A DNA stretch of 64,000 bases from a phage. A model generated the notes under the pieces. It was not told where the DNA came from and made no database searches. It saw only the letters and a list, made by a program, of their open reading frames with translations. A program made the position numbers and the translations under genes. Below, piece by piece: positions 1 to 10,791 of the stretch. How positions within the stretch are numbered: position 1 is the stretch's first letter; each line of letters opens with the position of its first letter. Location: sequence record PZ154896.1; one strand, given 5' to 3'.

Positions 1-235
1 GGGTACCTAAATCACGTTGACGGAAATCGTCATCTAATGCAATTTTGAAGTTGGAACCTTCCATCGTGATTGAAACCGTGATGCCATTTTCAAATCGCAT
101 ATAAACGTAATTAGGAGTCATATACTGCTCAATTTCACATACTGAACCGTTATTATGCTTCCATAAGCAAATTGTATCGATAGAACCAGCAATACCGTTA
201 GAAACATATTTACGTTCGAAGTTGATGTAGTTCAT
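1..235 (-). CDS. hypothetical protein, N-terminal part only (gene runs off window start)
   Basis: Minus-strand ATG at 233-235 with GGAG RBS; N-terminus MNYINFERKYV resembles start of the next ORF (MNTINLNATIK), suggesting paralogues. Confidence 0.4.
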   Translation of the reverse strand, partial: MNYINFERKYVSNGIAGSIDTICLWKHNNGSVCEIEQYMTPNYVYMRFENGITVSITMEGSNFKIALDDDFRQRDLGT

Positions 236-265
236 TTTATTCTCCAGATGTTTAAGTTGTTTGTT

Positions 266-306
266 GGTACAGGTCTATAATAACATAACCTGTACCAAAG
301 TAAACA
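266..306 (-). promoter_or_regulatory. sigma70-type early promoter (-35 GTTTAC, -10 TATTAT) with 8-bp inverted repeat GGTACAGG/CCTGTACC flanking the -10
   Basis: Read on minus strand: GTTTAC-N17-TATTAT upstream of ORF 1..235. Confidence 0.5.
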
Positions 307-309
307 TTT

Positions 310-681
310 TTATTTGATTTTTGTCCACTTAGCTGAATCAATAACACCTTTTGCTTTAATCTTCTCGATTAATGACTCTGCACGATTTCTGGCATTTTCG
401 TACCATACAACATCTTCAGAGTAACCAGTCTCTTCATCTTCGTAAGTTTTAGAACGAATACAACCATAAACTGTAGAATTCAGACGGTAAATTTCACCAG
501 TGAAAAAGTTTTCAATTTCGATATGATAACAAAAATCGTCTGAAGGGCCATCAGGAGTTGTACAATAAACCACATCACCTTGAACTGAACGAACCATCCA
601 CTGTAACTCGTTAACAACTTGAGATTTATATCCATCATGGTCACGGCATTTAATTGTAGCATTTAAATTGATAGTGTTCAT
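310..681 (-). CDS. hypothetical protein (123 aa)
   Basis: ORF track; ATG with GGAG RBS; own upstream promoter-like element. Confidence 0.5.
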   Translation of the reverse strand: MNTINLNATIKCRDHDGYKSQVVNELQWMVRSVQGDVVYCTTPDGPSDDFCYHIEIENFFTGEIYRLNSTVYGCIRSKTYEDEETGYSEDVVWYENARNRAESLIEKIKAKGVIDSAKWTKIK

Positions 682-714
682 TTTATTCTCCGGTTGTTTT
701 TATTGATTAGGTGG

Positions 715-755
715 TACAAGTCTATAGTAACACATCCTACAGGAGAGTAAACATC
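715..755 (-). promoter_or_regulatory. early promoter (-35 GTTTAC, -10 TACTAT)
   Basis: GTTTAC at 747-752 (minus), 17-nt spacer, TA-rich -10 upstream of ORF 310..681. Confidence 0.45.
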
Positions 756-783
756 TTTTTTAAACTTTTTCTGCCCTAAACGC

Positions 784-807
784 ACAAAAGGGAGACCGAA
801 GTCTCCC
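784..807 (-). terminator. rho-independent terminator (GGGAGAC-ttcg-GTCTCCC + U-tract on minus strand)
   Basis: Perfect 7-bp GC-rich stem, UUCG tetraloop, UUUUG tail; 6 nt after stop of ORF 813..992. Confidence 0.75.
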
Positions 808-812
808 TAAAA

Positions 813-992
813 TTATGCAACAACCTTTCCAAAACGAGAAGCATCATCTCGAAGAACTGCACGTGCTCTGCGCATGATCTTCTCAACTGTTTGATTAATA
901 CGAGAGTTCGACCCACGCTTGTATCCAGCGCGTTTAGAGGTACCATCAACTTTCTTTTCAACTGCTTTCTTTGCTTTAGCTTGTTTTGCCAT
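813..992 (-). CDS. small lysine-rich basic protein (59 aa, MAKQAKAKKAVEKKVDGTSKRAGYKRGS...)
   Basis: Manual translation; below the 60-aa track cutoff; AAAGAG RBS; ends 6 nt before a strong terminator; preferred over overlapping track ORFs 776..961 and 891..1145. Confidence 0.5.
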   Translation of the reverse strand: MAKQAKAKKAVEKKVDGTSKRAGYKRGSNSRINQTVEKIMRRARAVLRDDASRFGKVVA

Positions 993-1357
993 TATAAATT
1001 CTCTTTAATGAAAATGCAGGACTTATTGACATTGCCTGCGCAAGCCCTCAAGGGGAACATAGGTTTTCGGATATTTAACGACAGGATAACCATAAACCCG
1101 TCATCATACCTTATAGCTCTTATCTGTTGCACACCGTTAGCTTAAAGGTTCCGGGTTCGATTTCTCGAGGATAAGATATATACTGATGGATATATAGGCC
1201 TTTAGGCGTACTCCCGATTGGCCATCACCTCGGGGTAGCATGCACTTGCCGCTATAAGAATAACATTCAAGAGGTACACCGTAAAACTGCCGGGGTCTTA
1301 AAACTATAATGATTCGCAAATCATTAATCAGACAGTTCGACGGCTCCTCGATTTAAC

Positions 1358-1606
1358 TTACTTCAGGGTAATAACAAAATGACGAACTGCTTTACGTGCG
1401 GCAGAAGCCAGAGGCTTAGCATATTTCAATTCATCTTTCTGGACCAGGATATCGCGAAGATCGGCTTGTGCTGGATTCAGATGTTTGAAATACTGTAAGA
1501 TTTCAAGAGCTTCGGCTTCAACATCAATAGATGCACCGTAATTGTCATGGCCATTATTCCATGCATGGCGTTGCAGTTCAAGAGCGTGTTGTAATTGTTT
1601 AATCAT
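1358..1606 (-). CDS. rIII: rIII lysis-inhibition accessory protein
   Basis: 82 aa, near-identical to T4 rIII as I recall it (MIKQLQHALELQR...); T4 synteny rIII-31-cd. Confidence 0.85.
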   Translation of the reverse strand: MIKQLQHALELQRHAWNNGHDNYGASIDVEAEALEILQYFKHLNPAQADLRDILVQKDELKYAKPLASAARKAVRHFVITLK

Positions 1607-1730
1607 TTTAAATTCTCAATTCGAGATAATATTTAGTAGCCACGTTCTTCTGAATTTCACCTTCTTTCGACAAGTCTCTCAGTTGTAGGCTACCGCTTAG
1701 AAGAGTGTTCTCTTCATATAGTTATTTATA

Positions 1731-2063
1731 TCACTTATAAAGACACGGAATAGCTTTATAGTGGCATGTTACGAATTTCTGTTTAATTTCTTTAGGTTGT
1801 TTAAGACCTAAAGCCACAAATGGATGTGGAACATTTCGAATTTGTCCAACTGGTAGTGGAGTCAAATCACCGACTTCAACAAAACCTTCAGGAACATCAG
1901 GACCTACAGAATGAACTACACATAGTTCAGGAACTTCACCTTGAACACGTTTACCAATCACAAGTCCTGATTCTGTAACTTCTTCATCACCTGCTTGAGC
2001 GGGTTCAGAAACCAGAATGACATATTCACCAACAGCACGAATTGGGAGTTGTACTTCAGACAT
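1731..2063 (-). CDS. 31: gp31 co-chaperonin (GroES-like, capsid folding)
   Basis: 110 aa [29 protein letters not shown]... matches T4 gp31. Confidence 0.9.
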   Translation of the reverse strand: MSEVQLPIRAVGEYVILVSEPAQAGDEEVTESGLVIGKRVQGEVPELCVVHSVGPDVPEGFVEVGDLTPLPVGQIRNVPHPFVALGLKQPKEIKQKFVTCHYKAIPCLYK

Positions 2064-2120
2064 CTTATTTCCTTGTTGTTTGACGATAGATTAATAATAC
2101 CATACTATTCGTAAAGCATA

Positions 2121-2429
2121 TTACATAAGAAGCAAACGTTCTACAGGAGTACCATCAACCGAAATTACTTTATCAAGGCGGAAAGAACGCCACTGACCTA
2201 ACTTGGTGTCGAATGCTCGAACTGATTCACGAGGTTCATAACGAACTTCTGTTGCTGGATTGTTATTTTCATATTTGACTTCAAGTTCATCGCGCGAAGC
2301 AAACATAGTGCGTACCTCACCGTTAGCCTTTTCAAATACAACACAATGAACGCCTACAGACAGAATAGTTTTAATACGTTCACGAAGAACCATAGTTTCT
2401 TGTTCAGTTAAAATCATATTATTCACCAC
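2121..2429 (-). CDS. hypothetical protein (102 aa; 31.1-position)
   Basis: ORF track; position between cd and 31. Confidence 0.45.
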   Translation of the reverse strand: MVNNMILTEQETMVLRERIKTILSVGVHCVVFEKANGEVRTMFASRDELEVKYENNNPATEVRYEPRESVRAFDTKLGQWRSFRLDKVISVDGTPVERLLLM

Positions 2430-3000
2430 AAAAGTTTCGGATTTGTTCCCAATTCAGGGAACGAAGATTATTACGAGAGTACTGAATTACTTCAATACCG
2501 GCTTGTTTTAGAATGTCTGCCCAATTTTCAGGAGATCGATCGTATAATTCTGCGTATACAACCTTTTTAATACCTGACTGCGTAATAGCTTTAGTGCAAT
2601 CAGGACATGGAGAAAGCGTCGTATATAACGTAGCACCTTCAATAGAATTACCTTTACGAGCTGCAAACAAAATTGCATTCAATTCTGCATGGATTTCATT
2701 ATTAGCAGACCATGCACTATGAGCGGCCCGATGTTCTTTAGCCAAAACAAAATTATCCACCCGTCCAAATGCTGTAGTGCCTTCTTTATGTCCAGCAACG
2801 ATGACCGGGCTTGGTTTATTCTTCAACCAACCGTTTTCGGATGCATGTTCACAACAGTTAACGCCACCTGCTGGTGAGCCATTATATCCAGTAGAGATAA
2901 TGCGTCCATCTTTTTCAATGACGGCACCAACTTTCCATGAACAACATTTTGATTCTTGAGAAATCAGATATGCAATCTGAAGGTATGTGCTAGCTTTCAT
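2419..3000 (-). CDS. cd: dCMP deaminase
   Basis: 193 aa; zinc-deaminase motifs (HAELNAI...PCPDC); strong match to T4 Cd. Confidence 0.9.
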   Translation of the reverse strand: MKASTYLQIAYLISQESKCCSWKVGAVIEKDGRIISTGYNGSPAGGVNCCEHASENGWLKNKPSPVIVAGHKEGTTAFGRVDNFVLAKEHRAAHSAWSANNEIHAELNAILFAARKGNSIEGATLYTTLSPCPDCTKAITQSGIKKVVYAELYDRSPENWADILKQAGIEVIQYSRNNLRSLNWEQIRNFCGE

Positions 3001-3992
3001 TATTGAACCTTATTAATATAAGTTAACAGCTCTTTAGTTTGTTCCCAACCGATGCACGCATCGGTAACGGAAACGCCATAGGACATATTATCAGAAATTT
3101 TTTGATTTCCTTCATGTAGGAATGATTCTATCATAATTCCTTTGACAAAATCATTAGCTGCTAAATTTTTACCAATACCAATTTGATTGCTATAATACCC
3201 ATCAGCGTTTGCGTGGCTACAGTCAACCATTACATAATGATTCAGACCTAATGCACTTGCTTTGTTAGAAGCTTCTTGAATATCAGAAGAATGATAGTTC
3301 GGGCCGTTAGTCCCGCCACGCAATACGATATGCGTATTCTGATTACCTTCAGCTTCAACAATGCCTACAGTACCATCGACGTCCATACCCATATACCGAT
3401 GAGGCCAGGCGGCACTATACATCGCGTCTGTAGCTACTTTAATAGAACCATTGGTTGCGTTCTTGAAGCCTACGCACATCGGTAGACCTGAAGCAATTTC
3501 ACGATGTGTCTGACTTTCAGTCGTACGGGCGCCAATAGCAACCCATGAGAAAATACCAGAAAGATACTTAATCGTGAATGGGTCTAATACTTCAGTTGCT
3601 AATGGAAGTCCCATACGTAGAAGTTTACGACACAATGTTCGTGCAACTATAAGACCGTGGTTCATATCAAAACTTCCGTCAAGATATGGATCATTTACAA
3701 GACCTTTCCAACCTACGGTAGTTCGAGGCTTTTCAAAATAAACGCGCATCACTAACAGAACATTAGGAAGACGAGTTTGAAGTTCAGCCAGACGTTTGCC
3801 GTATTCAACAGCAGCAATAGGGTCATGAATTGAACAAGGACCTACAACAATAAGTTTGCGTGGGTCTTCACCGTTCATAATCGAATTAACTTGTTCGCGA
3901 TGAGAAGCCACTTGTGATGCGTAAGCTTCCGACAAAGGAATAATCTCAGCCAGTTCTTTTGGAGAAATAAGTTTTCTGACGACAGGTAACAT
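3000..3992 (-). CDS. 3-deoxy-D-arabino-heptulosonate-7-phosphate (DAHP) synthase, class I alpha (AroG-like)
   Basis: 330 aa with AroG hallmarks GPCSIHDP, EKPRTTVGWKGL, AIGARTTESQ.HRE, LRGG..PNY, ITDACIGWE; AT-rich phage-like codon usage; ATG with AAGGA RBS. Confidence 0.8.
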   Translation of the reverse strand: MLPVVRKLISPKELAEIIPLSEAYASQVASHREQVNSIMNGEDPRKLIVVGPCSIHDPIAAVEYGKRLAELQTRLPNVLLVMRVYFEKPRTTVGWKGLVNDPYLDGSFDMNHGLIVARTLCRKLLRMGLPLATEVLDPFTIKYLSGIFSWVAIGARTTESQTHREIASGLPMCVGFKNATNGSIKVATDAMYSAAWPHRYMGMDVDGTVGIVEAEGNQNTHIVLRGGTNGPNYHSSDIQEASNKASALGLNHYVMVDCSHANADGYYSNQIGIGKNLAANDFVKGIMIESFLHEGNQKISDNMSYGVSVTDACIGWEQTKELLTYINKVQ

Positions 3993-4112
3993 AACAATCC
4001 TTAGGAGATATAAACAGATTCTGATTCAACAATACCTTTAACCGGATTAGACAGGCTAAGTTGGTAGTGCTAAGATTTATGACCATTCTCGATAGTAATG
4101 AGATAGCTCTCA

Positions 4113-4349
4113 TTATAGTGTTCCATATACTCGAGTTGCTTCAACAAGACCATCACTGCCTAATTTAAGGCTAGTAATCTGGTCACCATCTTTAGGATTA
4201 ACGATTATGAGAAAAGAACGAGGAGATTCTTGAATAACTCGTAATGTTGCATCTTGGAAACGTTCAGACACTTTATTGATGAGTGCTTGAGCAAATTCTT
4301 TTACTTTAATCTGAAATTCGTGTACTGTAATTGGGTTTTCACTTAGCAT
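4113..4349 (-). CDS. hypothetical protein (78 aa)
   Basis: ORF track; cd/pseT intergenic small-gene cluster. Confidence 0.4.
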   Translation of the reverse strand: MLSENPITVHEFQIKVKEFAQALINKVSERFQDATLRVIQESPRSFLIIVNPKDGDQITSLKLGSDGLVEATRVYGTL

Positions 4350-4409
4350 TTCTATTTCCTCATTTGTTGGTAGAGTTATAGTATCACAACTCCACCATGT
4401 TGTAAACCA

Positions 4410-4685
4410 TTAAATTGCTTTGCATTCAATTTTTTGTGTACCGAAATTGATATCACATTGGATAACTAAATCGCCGTCAAGATCAAATACCACTATGACG
4501 TGTGCAGACCCAGGGAGAAGAGTAATAGCAATAGAATCTACTTGGTCTGGGAGCAAAGCATTGAGTACATGAGTTAGTTGAGCATGAACTCTGAGTTCGG
4601 CTGCATTATCAAGCACTTCAAACATATTATTAGCAATAATCTGACTGAAGACCACCTTTACAATTTCAGAATAAGTTGGGAACAT
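4410..4685 (-). CDS. hypothetical protein (91 aa)
   Basis: ORF track. Confidence 0.4.
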   Translation of the reverse strand: MFPTYSEIVKVVFSQIIANNMFEVLDNAAELRVHAQLTHVLNALLPDQVDSIAITLLPGSAHVIVVFDLDGDLVIQCDINFGTQKIECKAI

Positions 4686-4692
4686 AATTACC

Positions 4693-4917
4693 TCAGTGTA
4701 CAGTATTTACTTTAACTCGAACAACAAATCGCTCGGTTGGTTCACCTACAGGAACAAACTCTACATGATATTCACCTTTGTAACGAGTATTCAGATCATT
4801 ACGAATTCCTGCGAGTTTGTTGATTAATGTAGGACTCATATTAAGTCCCACTAGTTTACGAAGCATTTTGTATGCTTCATCTTCGATTTCATGATGTTTA
4901 TCGTACATAGTTTTCAT
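4693..4917 (-). CDS. hypothetical protein (74 aa)
   Basis: ORF track. Confidence 0.4.
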   Translation of the reverse strand: MKTMYDKHHEIEDEAYKMLRKLVGLNMSPTLINKLAGIRNDLNTRYKGEYHVEFVPVGEPTERFVVRVKVNTVH

Positions 4918-5088
4918 TTAACCATTCAATTGCCTGGTCGACGTTATCAAATATACTGCCGTCCAACCATTCTTCATGTTCATAGTCCAGCACATCAATA
5001 CCGAACCGTCCATTTACTAAAGGCCATACTACAAACAAATATTCTTTATGCTGTTCGATGGCCTCAATCACTTCATATAATCGTTTCA

Positions 5089-5089
<1 letters not shown>
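4898..5089 (-). CDS. hypothetical protein (63 aa)
   Basis: ORF track; abuts pseT stop. Confidence 0.4.
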
Positions 5090-6175
<1,086 letters not shown>

Positions 6176-6176
<1 letters not shown>

Positions 6177-6475
6177 TATTTTATTCCTAAGAAAATTTCA
6201 AGAATACGAATGTTATGCTCGCGCCGGTCTTTATTAATTTCAGCAACGTTTTTATTAATTGACGTACTTCTAACGTTTGAAGAAATAAATTTAATCATAT
6301 GACTTTTGAGTTGTTGCAAATCCAACCCTTTTTCTTTAGCAGCTTTACGAAGAGCTTTACCTGCTTCATCTAGTGCCTTTGCTGCATCTTTGTCATAATT
6401 GCCGAGTGACATTCCACGACAGATATCAATATACTCATCAGACCGTTTGATGTAATTCTCTAGTAATGTTTTCAT
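6176..6475 (-). CDS. hypothetical protein (99 aa)
   Basis: ORF track. Confidence 0.45.
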
Positions 6476-6532
6476 TTAGATTTCCTCAATTATCCATAGG
6501 AGCATTATACTCTGCTCCTGAGAGTTTGTAAA

Positions 6533-6757
6533 CTATTTTACTAAAGATTCAATATACTCGTGAAGAGCTTTAGTCGCTACTGCCCACTTATTCTGATATT
6601 CATTTTTCAGATTAGCACGAGACTGAACTAACAATCGGTCATTAGTCGGAGGCAAAGATTCTAATCGTTGAATCTGGCGCCCATAAATCATAGCCGCCAT
6701 TTCAGATTCATAGATAAGCCCTTTAATGTATTCATGTTGTTCTTTAGTCATTGGCAT
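6533..6757 (-). CDS. hypothetical protein (74 aa)
   Basis: ORF track. Confidence 0.4.
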   Translation of the reverse strand: MPMTKEQHEYIKGLIYESEMAAMIYGRQIQRLESLPPTNDRLLVQSRANLKNEYQNKWAVATKALHEYIESLVK

Positions 6758-7038
6758 TTTTCCTCTTTTAAACCACTACGATAATAACATATCATAGTCT
6801 TCTGGTCGTGTACATATCTTTTTACGTCGTTTAACCAGATACGAAATTCTTGAGAGTCTTCAAATGGCATTCCAACCCACGGATTACCATCAATAACCTT
6901 TACTTGCCATTTCTGGTTATATTCAACAATAGATTCAGGCCACGGCGGATGTAAAGTTTCTTTAGGGCTTAAGGGCACATCCTGGGCACATCCGGCCAAA
7001 ATGCCAATAGATAATACAACTGCGGTTAATTTAATCAT
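6748..7038 (-). CDS. pseT.2: outer-membrane spanin lipoprotein (o-spanin)
   Basis: 96 aa; signal peptide with lipobox LAGC; immediately downstream of and overlapping the i-spanin; T4 PseT.2 position. Confidence 0.7.
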   Translation of the reverse strand: MIKLTAVVLSIGILAGCAQDVPLSPKETLHPPWPESIVEYNQKWQVKVIDGNPWVGMPFEDSQEFRIWLNDVKRYVHDQKTMICYYRSGLKEEKCQ

Positions 7039-7391
7039 TCTGAGAGCTTCCTGAGGTCTTCTGCAAAGGAATCGAAGGACCTGTTGATTTGTTTTTCGAC
7101 CAATCCTGGTTTACTTGCCACCACGTTCTTCTTCTTCGAATCCTTACGGAGCTTTTCATTTTCGGCCTTAAGTTGGTCAACTAAAACACGGTTCTTATAA
7201 GTCATTTCTTCGATTGACTGATATTGAACCTTGAAGTCGTCTAATACTTTAGCATTGTTTTTAGCGGTCTCTTTGACAGAAGCTAATTCAGTATTCAACG
7301 AATCAACTTTGTTGTTTAAGACCACTATTGTTATCGTAGAAACTAGAGCAAAAGCTGCTACTATAGCATAAATCGGATTTACTTTAAGCAT
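7035..7391 (-). CDS. pseT.3: inner-membrane spanin (i-spanin, N-terminal TM + coiled coil)
   Basis: 118 aa; N-terminal hydrophobic helix then charged coiled-coil region; T4 PseT.3 position between alc and pseT. Confidence 0.7.
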   Translation of the reverse strand: MLKVNPIYAIVAAFALVSTITIVVLNNKVDSLNTELASVKETAKNNAKVLDDFKVQYQSIEEMTYKNRVLVDQLKAENEKLRKDSKKKNVVASKPGLVEKQINRSFDSFAEDLRKLSE

Positions 7392-7879
7392 GTTTTAATA
7401 ATCTCAATGATTTCATCTCGGGATAAACCATTAATAAGAACGGTTTTCAAACCATCACACTGGATTTTGTACGATTCAAACAATACACACAACTCTTCTG
7501 CTGTATGATATGGACTTGAAATTCCGAGGCGGTTGAATTTGTCGGTAAGAGGGTCGCAAATAATGTAGAATTTTATACCTGCGATATGTACATTTGGTTG
7601 ACTAATATTAATGAACACATTAGCGTCATATTTAGTCAAATTGTTTTGAAGAAATTCTACCATGGCATTAACTGCTTCTGGCATCGCTTCACGTTTCTCT
7701 TCGGCGTAACGTGTTGAATATTCCTTTTGCTTTAACTTCTTTTTAGCATTTTTCGCTAGAGTAGTACGAAGGTCCGTAAGATAACCAACTGCACGGCCTT
7801 TCTTAAAGACCCGGATTCCATCTGTAGAATCACCAAATGCTGCCACAACCATATCGTTAGTAATCAATTGCATATTCAT
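7379..7879 (-). CDS. alc: Alc, inhibitor of transcription from cytosine-containing DNA
   Basis: Track ORF 7379..7942 starts at a non-ATG codon; internal ATG at 7877-7879 with GAGGAG RBS gives 166 aa MNMQLITNDMVVAAFGDSTDGIRVFKKGRAVGYL... matching T4 Alc. Confidence 0.8.
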   Translation of the reverse strand: MNMQLITNDMVVAAFGDSTDGIRVFKKGRAVGYLTDLRTTLAKNAKKKLKQKEYSTRYAEEKREAMPEAVNAMVEFLQNNLTKYDANVFINISQPNVHIAGIKFYIICDPLTDKFNRLGISSPYHTAEELCVLFESYKIQCDGLKTVLINGLSRDEIIEIIKTCLK

Positions 7880-7941
7880 AATTTTCTCCTCGTGATGTTG
7901 ATAAAAACCATAGTAACACCTTCCTTGGTGTTTGTAAACCA

Positions 7942-9075
<1,134 letters not shown>

Positions 9076-9122
9076 TCAGTTAGTTTTTTTTAAATTGTAC
9101 CACAATCCTTGTGGCATGTAAA

Positions 9123-9533
9123 CTACTTTTTCTTATGTTGGATATTCCAAGGCGGGTTGAACTTTTTGATAAAAAGCGGTTCTTCAAGGTCCATTGTTGC
9201 GATGGTCATTGAACCAAGTTCGTTGGTGACTGAAAGGTCAAAACATTGGCGGGCCCAGAATTCAACCTTTTTGCCTTGCATTAAGGCATCCAAAATCATA
9301 AGTGATTTTCTTGAATCTGAAGTCTGGTCTTTTCGATTTATGGCTGTTCGATAATAGTTAATGCGTTTCTTTAAATTCTTGGTTTTACCAATATACACAA
9401 GTTCGTCATCTATAGCAATAGCGTATATGACATTTTTCTTATTAGGGACATCAACTGTTTTAATTGTTGCATCTTCTAATAGCTCCAATTCTGTATATTT
9501 AATAAAGGAATATTCGGCGGCAATATCTTTCAT
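9123..9533 (-). CDS. denA: endonuclease II (GIY-YIG-like, host DNA degradation)
   Basis: 136 aa, same length as T4 DenA; YAIAIDDELVYIGKTKNLKKRINYY motif. Confidence 0.9.
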   Translation of the reverse strand: MKDIAAEYSFIKYTELELLEDATIKTVDVPNKKNVIYAIAIDDELVYIGKTKNLKKRINYYRTAINRKDQTSDSRKSLMILDALMQGKKVEFWARQCFDLSVTNELGSMTIATMDLEEPLFIKKFNPPWNIQHKKK

Positions 9534-9559
9534 AATAAAGTGGGACCGAAGTCCCGTCC

Positions 9560-10738
9560 TTAGAAATATTTTTTGTATGAATTGATTACATTTTGGTCTA
9601 CATCATTATCAATTTGTGCGACAAGATAAGAACTGATTTCAACTTCCTGAGGAGCTGCTTGAACTAAATCAGAGTTCAGATATTCACGAATCCAAGGATA
9701 TGGATGCTTGGTCGGAGCATCAGTGATTGGGCATGGTAAACCACACTGTTTCATACGAGACACAGTCAAGTAATCAACAAAAGCACACATACTCTGCGTA
9801 TTGATACCTGGACATGTACCGTCTTTAAAGAGGTGTGCAGCCCATTCCTTCTCTTGTCTATTTACTTCCATAAAAATGTCAACTGCTTCTTGTTCACATT
9901 CTTTAGCAATTTGAACCCACTCATCACCATCAGTACCAGATTGAAGTTGACGGATAATGTACTGAGTACCCTTGAGGTGGAGTTGTTCGTCACGAGCAAT
10001 GAACTTCATAATCTTTGCATTGCCTTCCATAATTTCCATATTTTTATGGAAGTTAAAGGTACATGCAAATGATACGTAAAAACGAATAGCTTCTAAGGCG
10101 TTGATAACATGCAAACAGAGATAAAGAGACTTCATTAAATCACGCTTAGCAGCGGCTTCTTGCTTAATAGCACGTTCTAATTGAAAGTCTGCATTAATTG
10201 ACGCTTTGGCTAGTTCCGTGAATTCTTTCTGGTTTTCCCAATGACGAGTCTTGACTAGAACATCATCGTAATATTTACCTATTGATTCAGCTCGTTTCAT
10301 GATTGCTTCGTCTAATACAATTTCATCAAATACCTTAGATGGGTCTGTATAAAGATTTCGCATAATATGAGTATACGAACGAGAGTGAATAGTTTCGCTG
10401 AATGTCCATGTTGCAACCCACGTATCTAATGAAGGGTCAGAAATCAGTGCCATAAGTACCGCAGATGGGGCCCTGCCTTGGATAGAATCTAATAATGATT
10501 GATACTTAAGATTGTTTGTAAAGATGTCCTGTTGGAACTGAGGAAGCTTATTGAACTGCGCAGAGTCCAACATCAAGTTTACCTCTTCTGGGCGCCAGAA
10601 AAATGACAATTGTTTTTCGGTCAAATCTTCAAAAACTTTATGGCGTTGAATATCATAACGCGCAATACCAAGACCAGAACCAAAGAACATCGGTTCATTC
10701 AAAACATCGACTTGTTGTGTGTTAAAAACTGTACTCAT
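9560..10738 (-). CDS. nrdB: ribonucleotide reductase small subunit (aerobic class Ia)
   Basis: 392 aa contiguous ORF (no intron); di-iron/tyrosyl radical protein fold motifs. Confidence 0.92.
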   Translation of the reverse strand: MSTVFNTQQVDVLNEPMFFGSGLGIARYDIQRHKVFEDLTEKQLSFFWRPEEVNLMLDSAQFNKLPQFQQDIFTNNLKYQSLLDSIQGRAPSAVLMALISDPSLDTWVATWTFSETIHSRSYTHIMRNLYTDPSKVFDEIVLDEAIMKRAESIGKYYDDVLVKTRHWENQKEFTELAKASINADFQLERAIKQEAAAKRDLMKSLYLCLHVINALEAIRFYVSFACTFNFHKNMEIMEGNAKIMKFIARDEQLHLKGTQYIIRQLQSGTDGDEWVQIAKECEQEAVDIFMEVNRQEKEWAAHLFKDGTCPGINTQSMCAFVDYLTVSRMKQCGLPCPITDAPTKHPYPWIREYLNSDLVQAAPQEVEISSYLVAQIDNDVDQNVINSYKKYF

Positions 10739-10791
10739 TATATTTTCTCACTTAGTTTAACTCATCCATGAGTAAATTATAATCAAAAGTC

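Noticed and set aside
776-1145. Track ORFs 776..961 (-) and 891..1145 (+)
   Set aside because: They overlap each other and a terminator hairpin; the 59-aa frame 813..992 has RBS and terminator and is preferred.
1150-1180. tRNA-like T-loop motif GGTTCGATTTC
   Set aside because: No matching acceptor, D or anticodon stems could be folded around it on either strand; likely chance occurrence.
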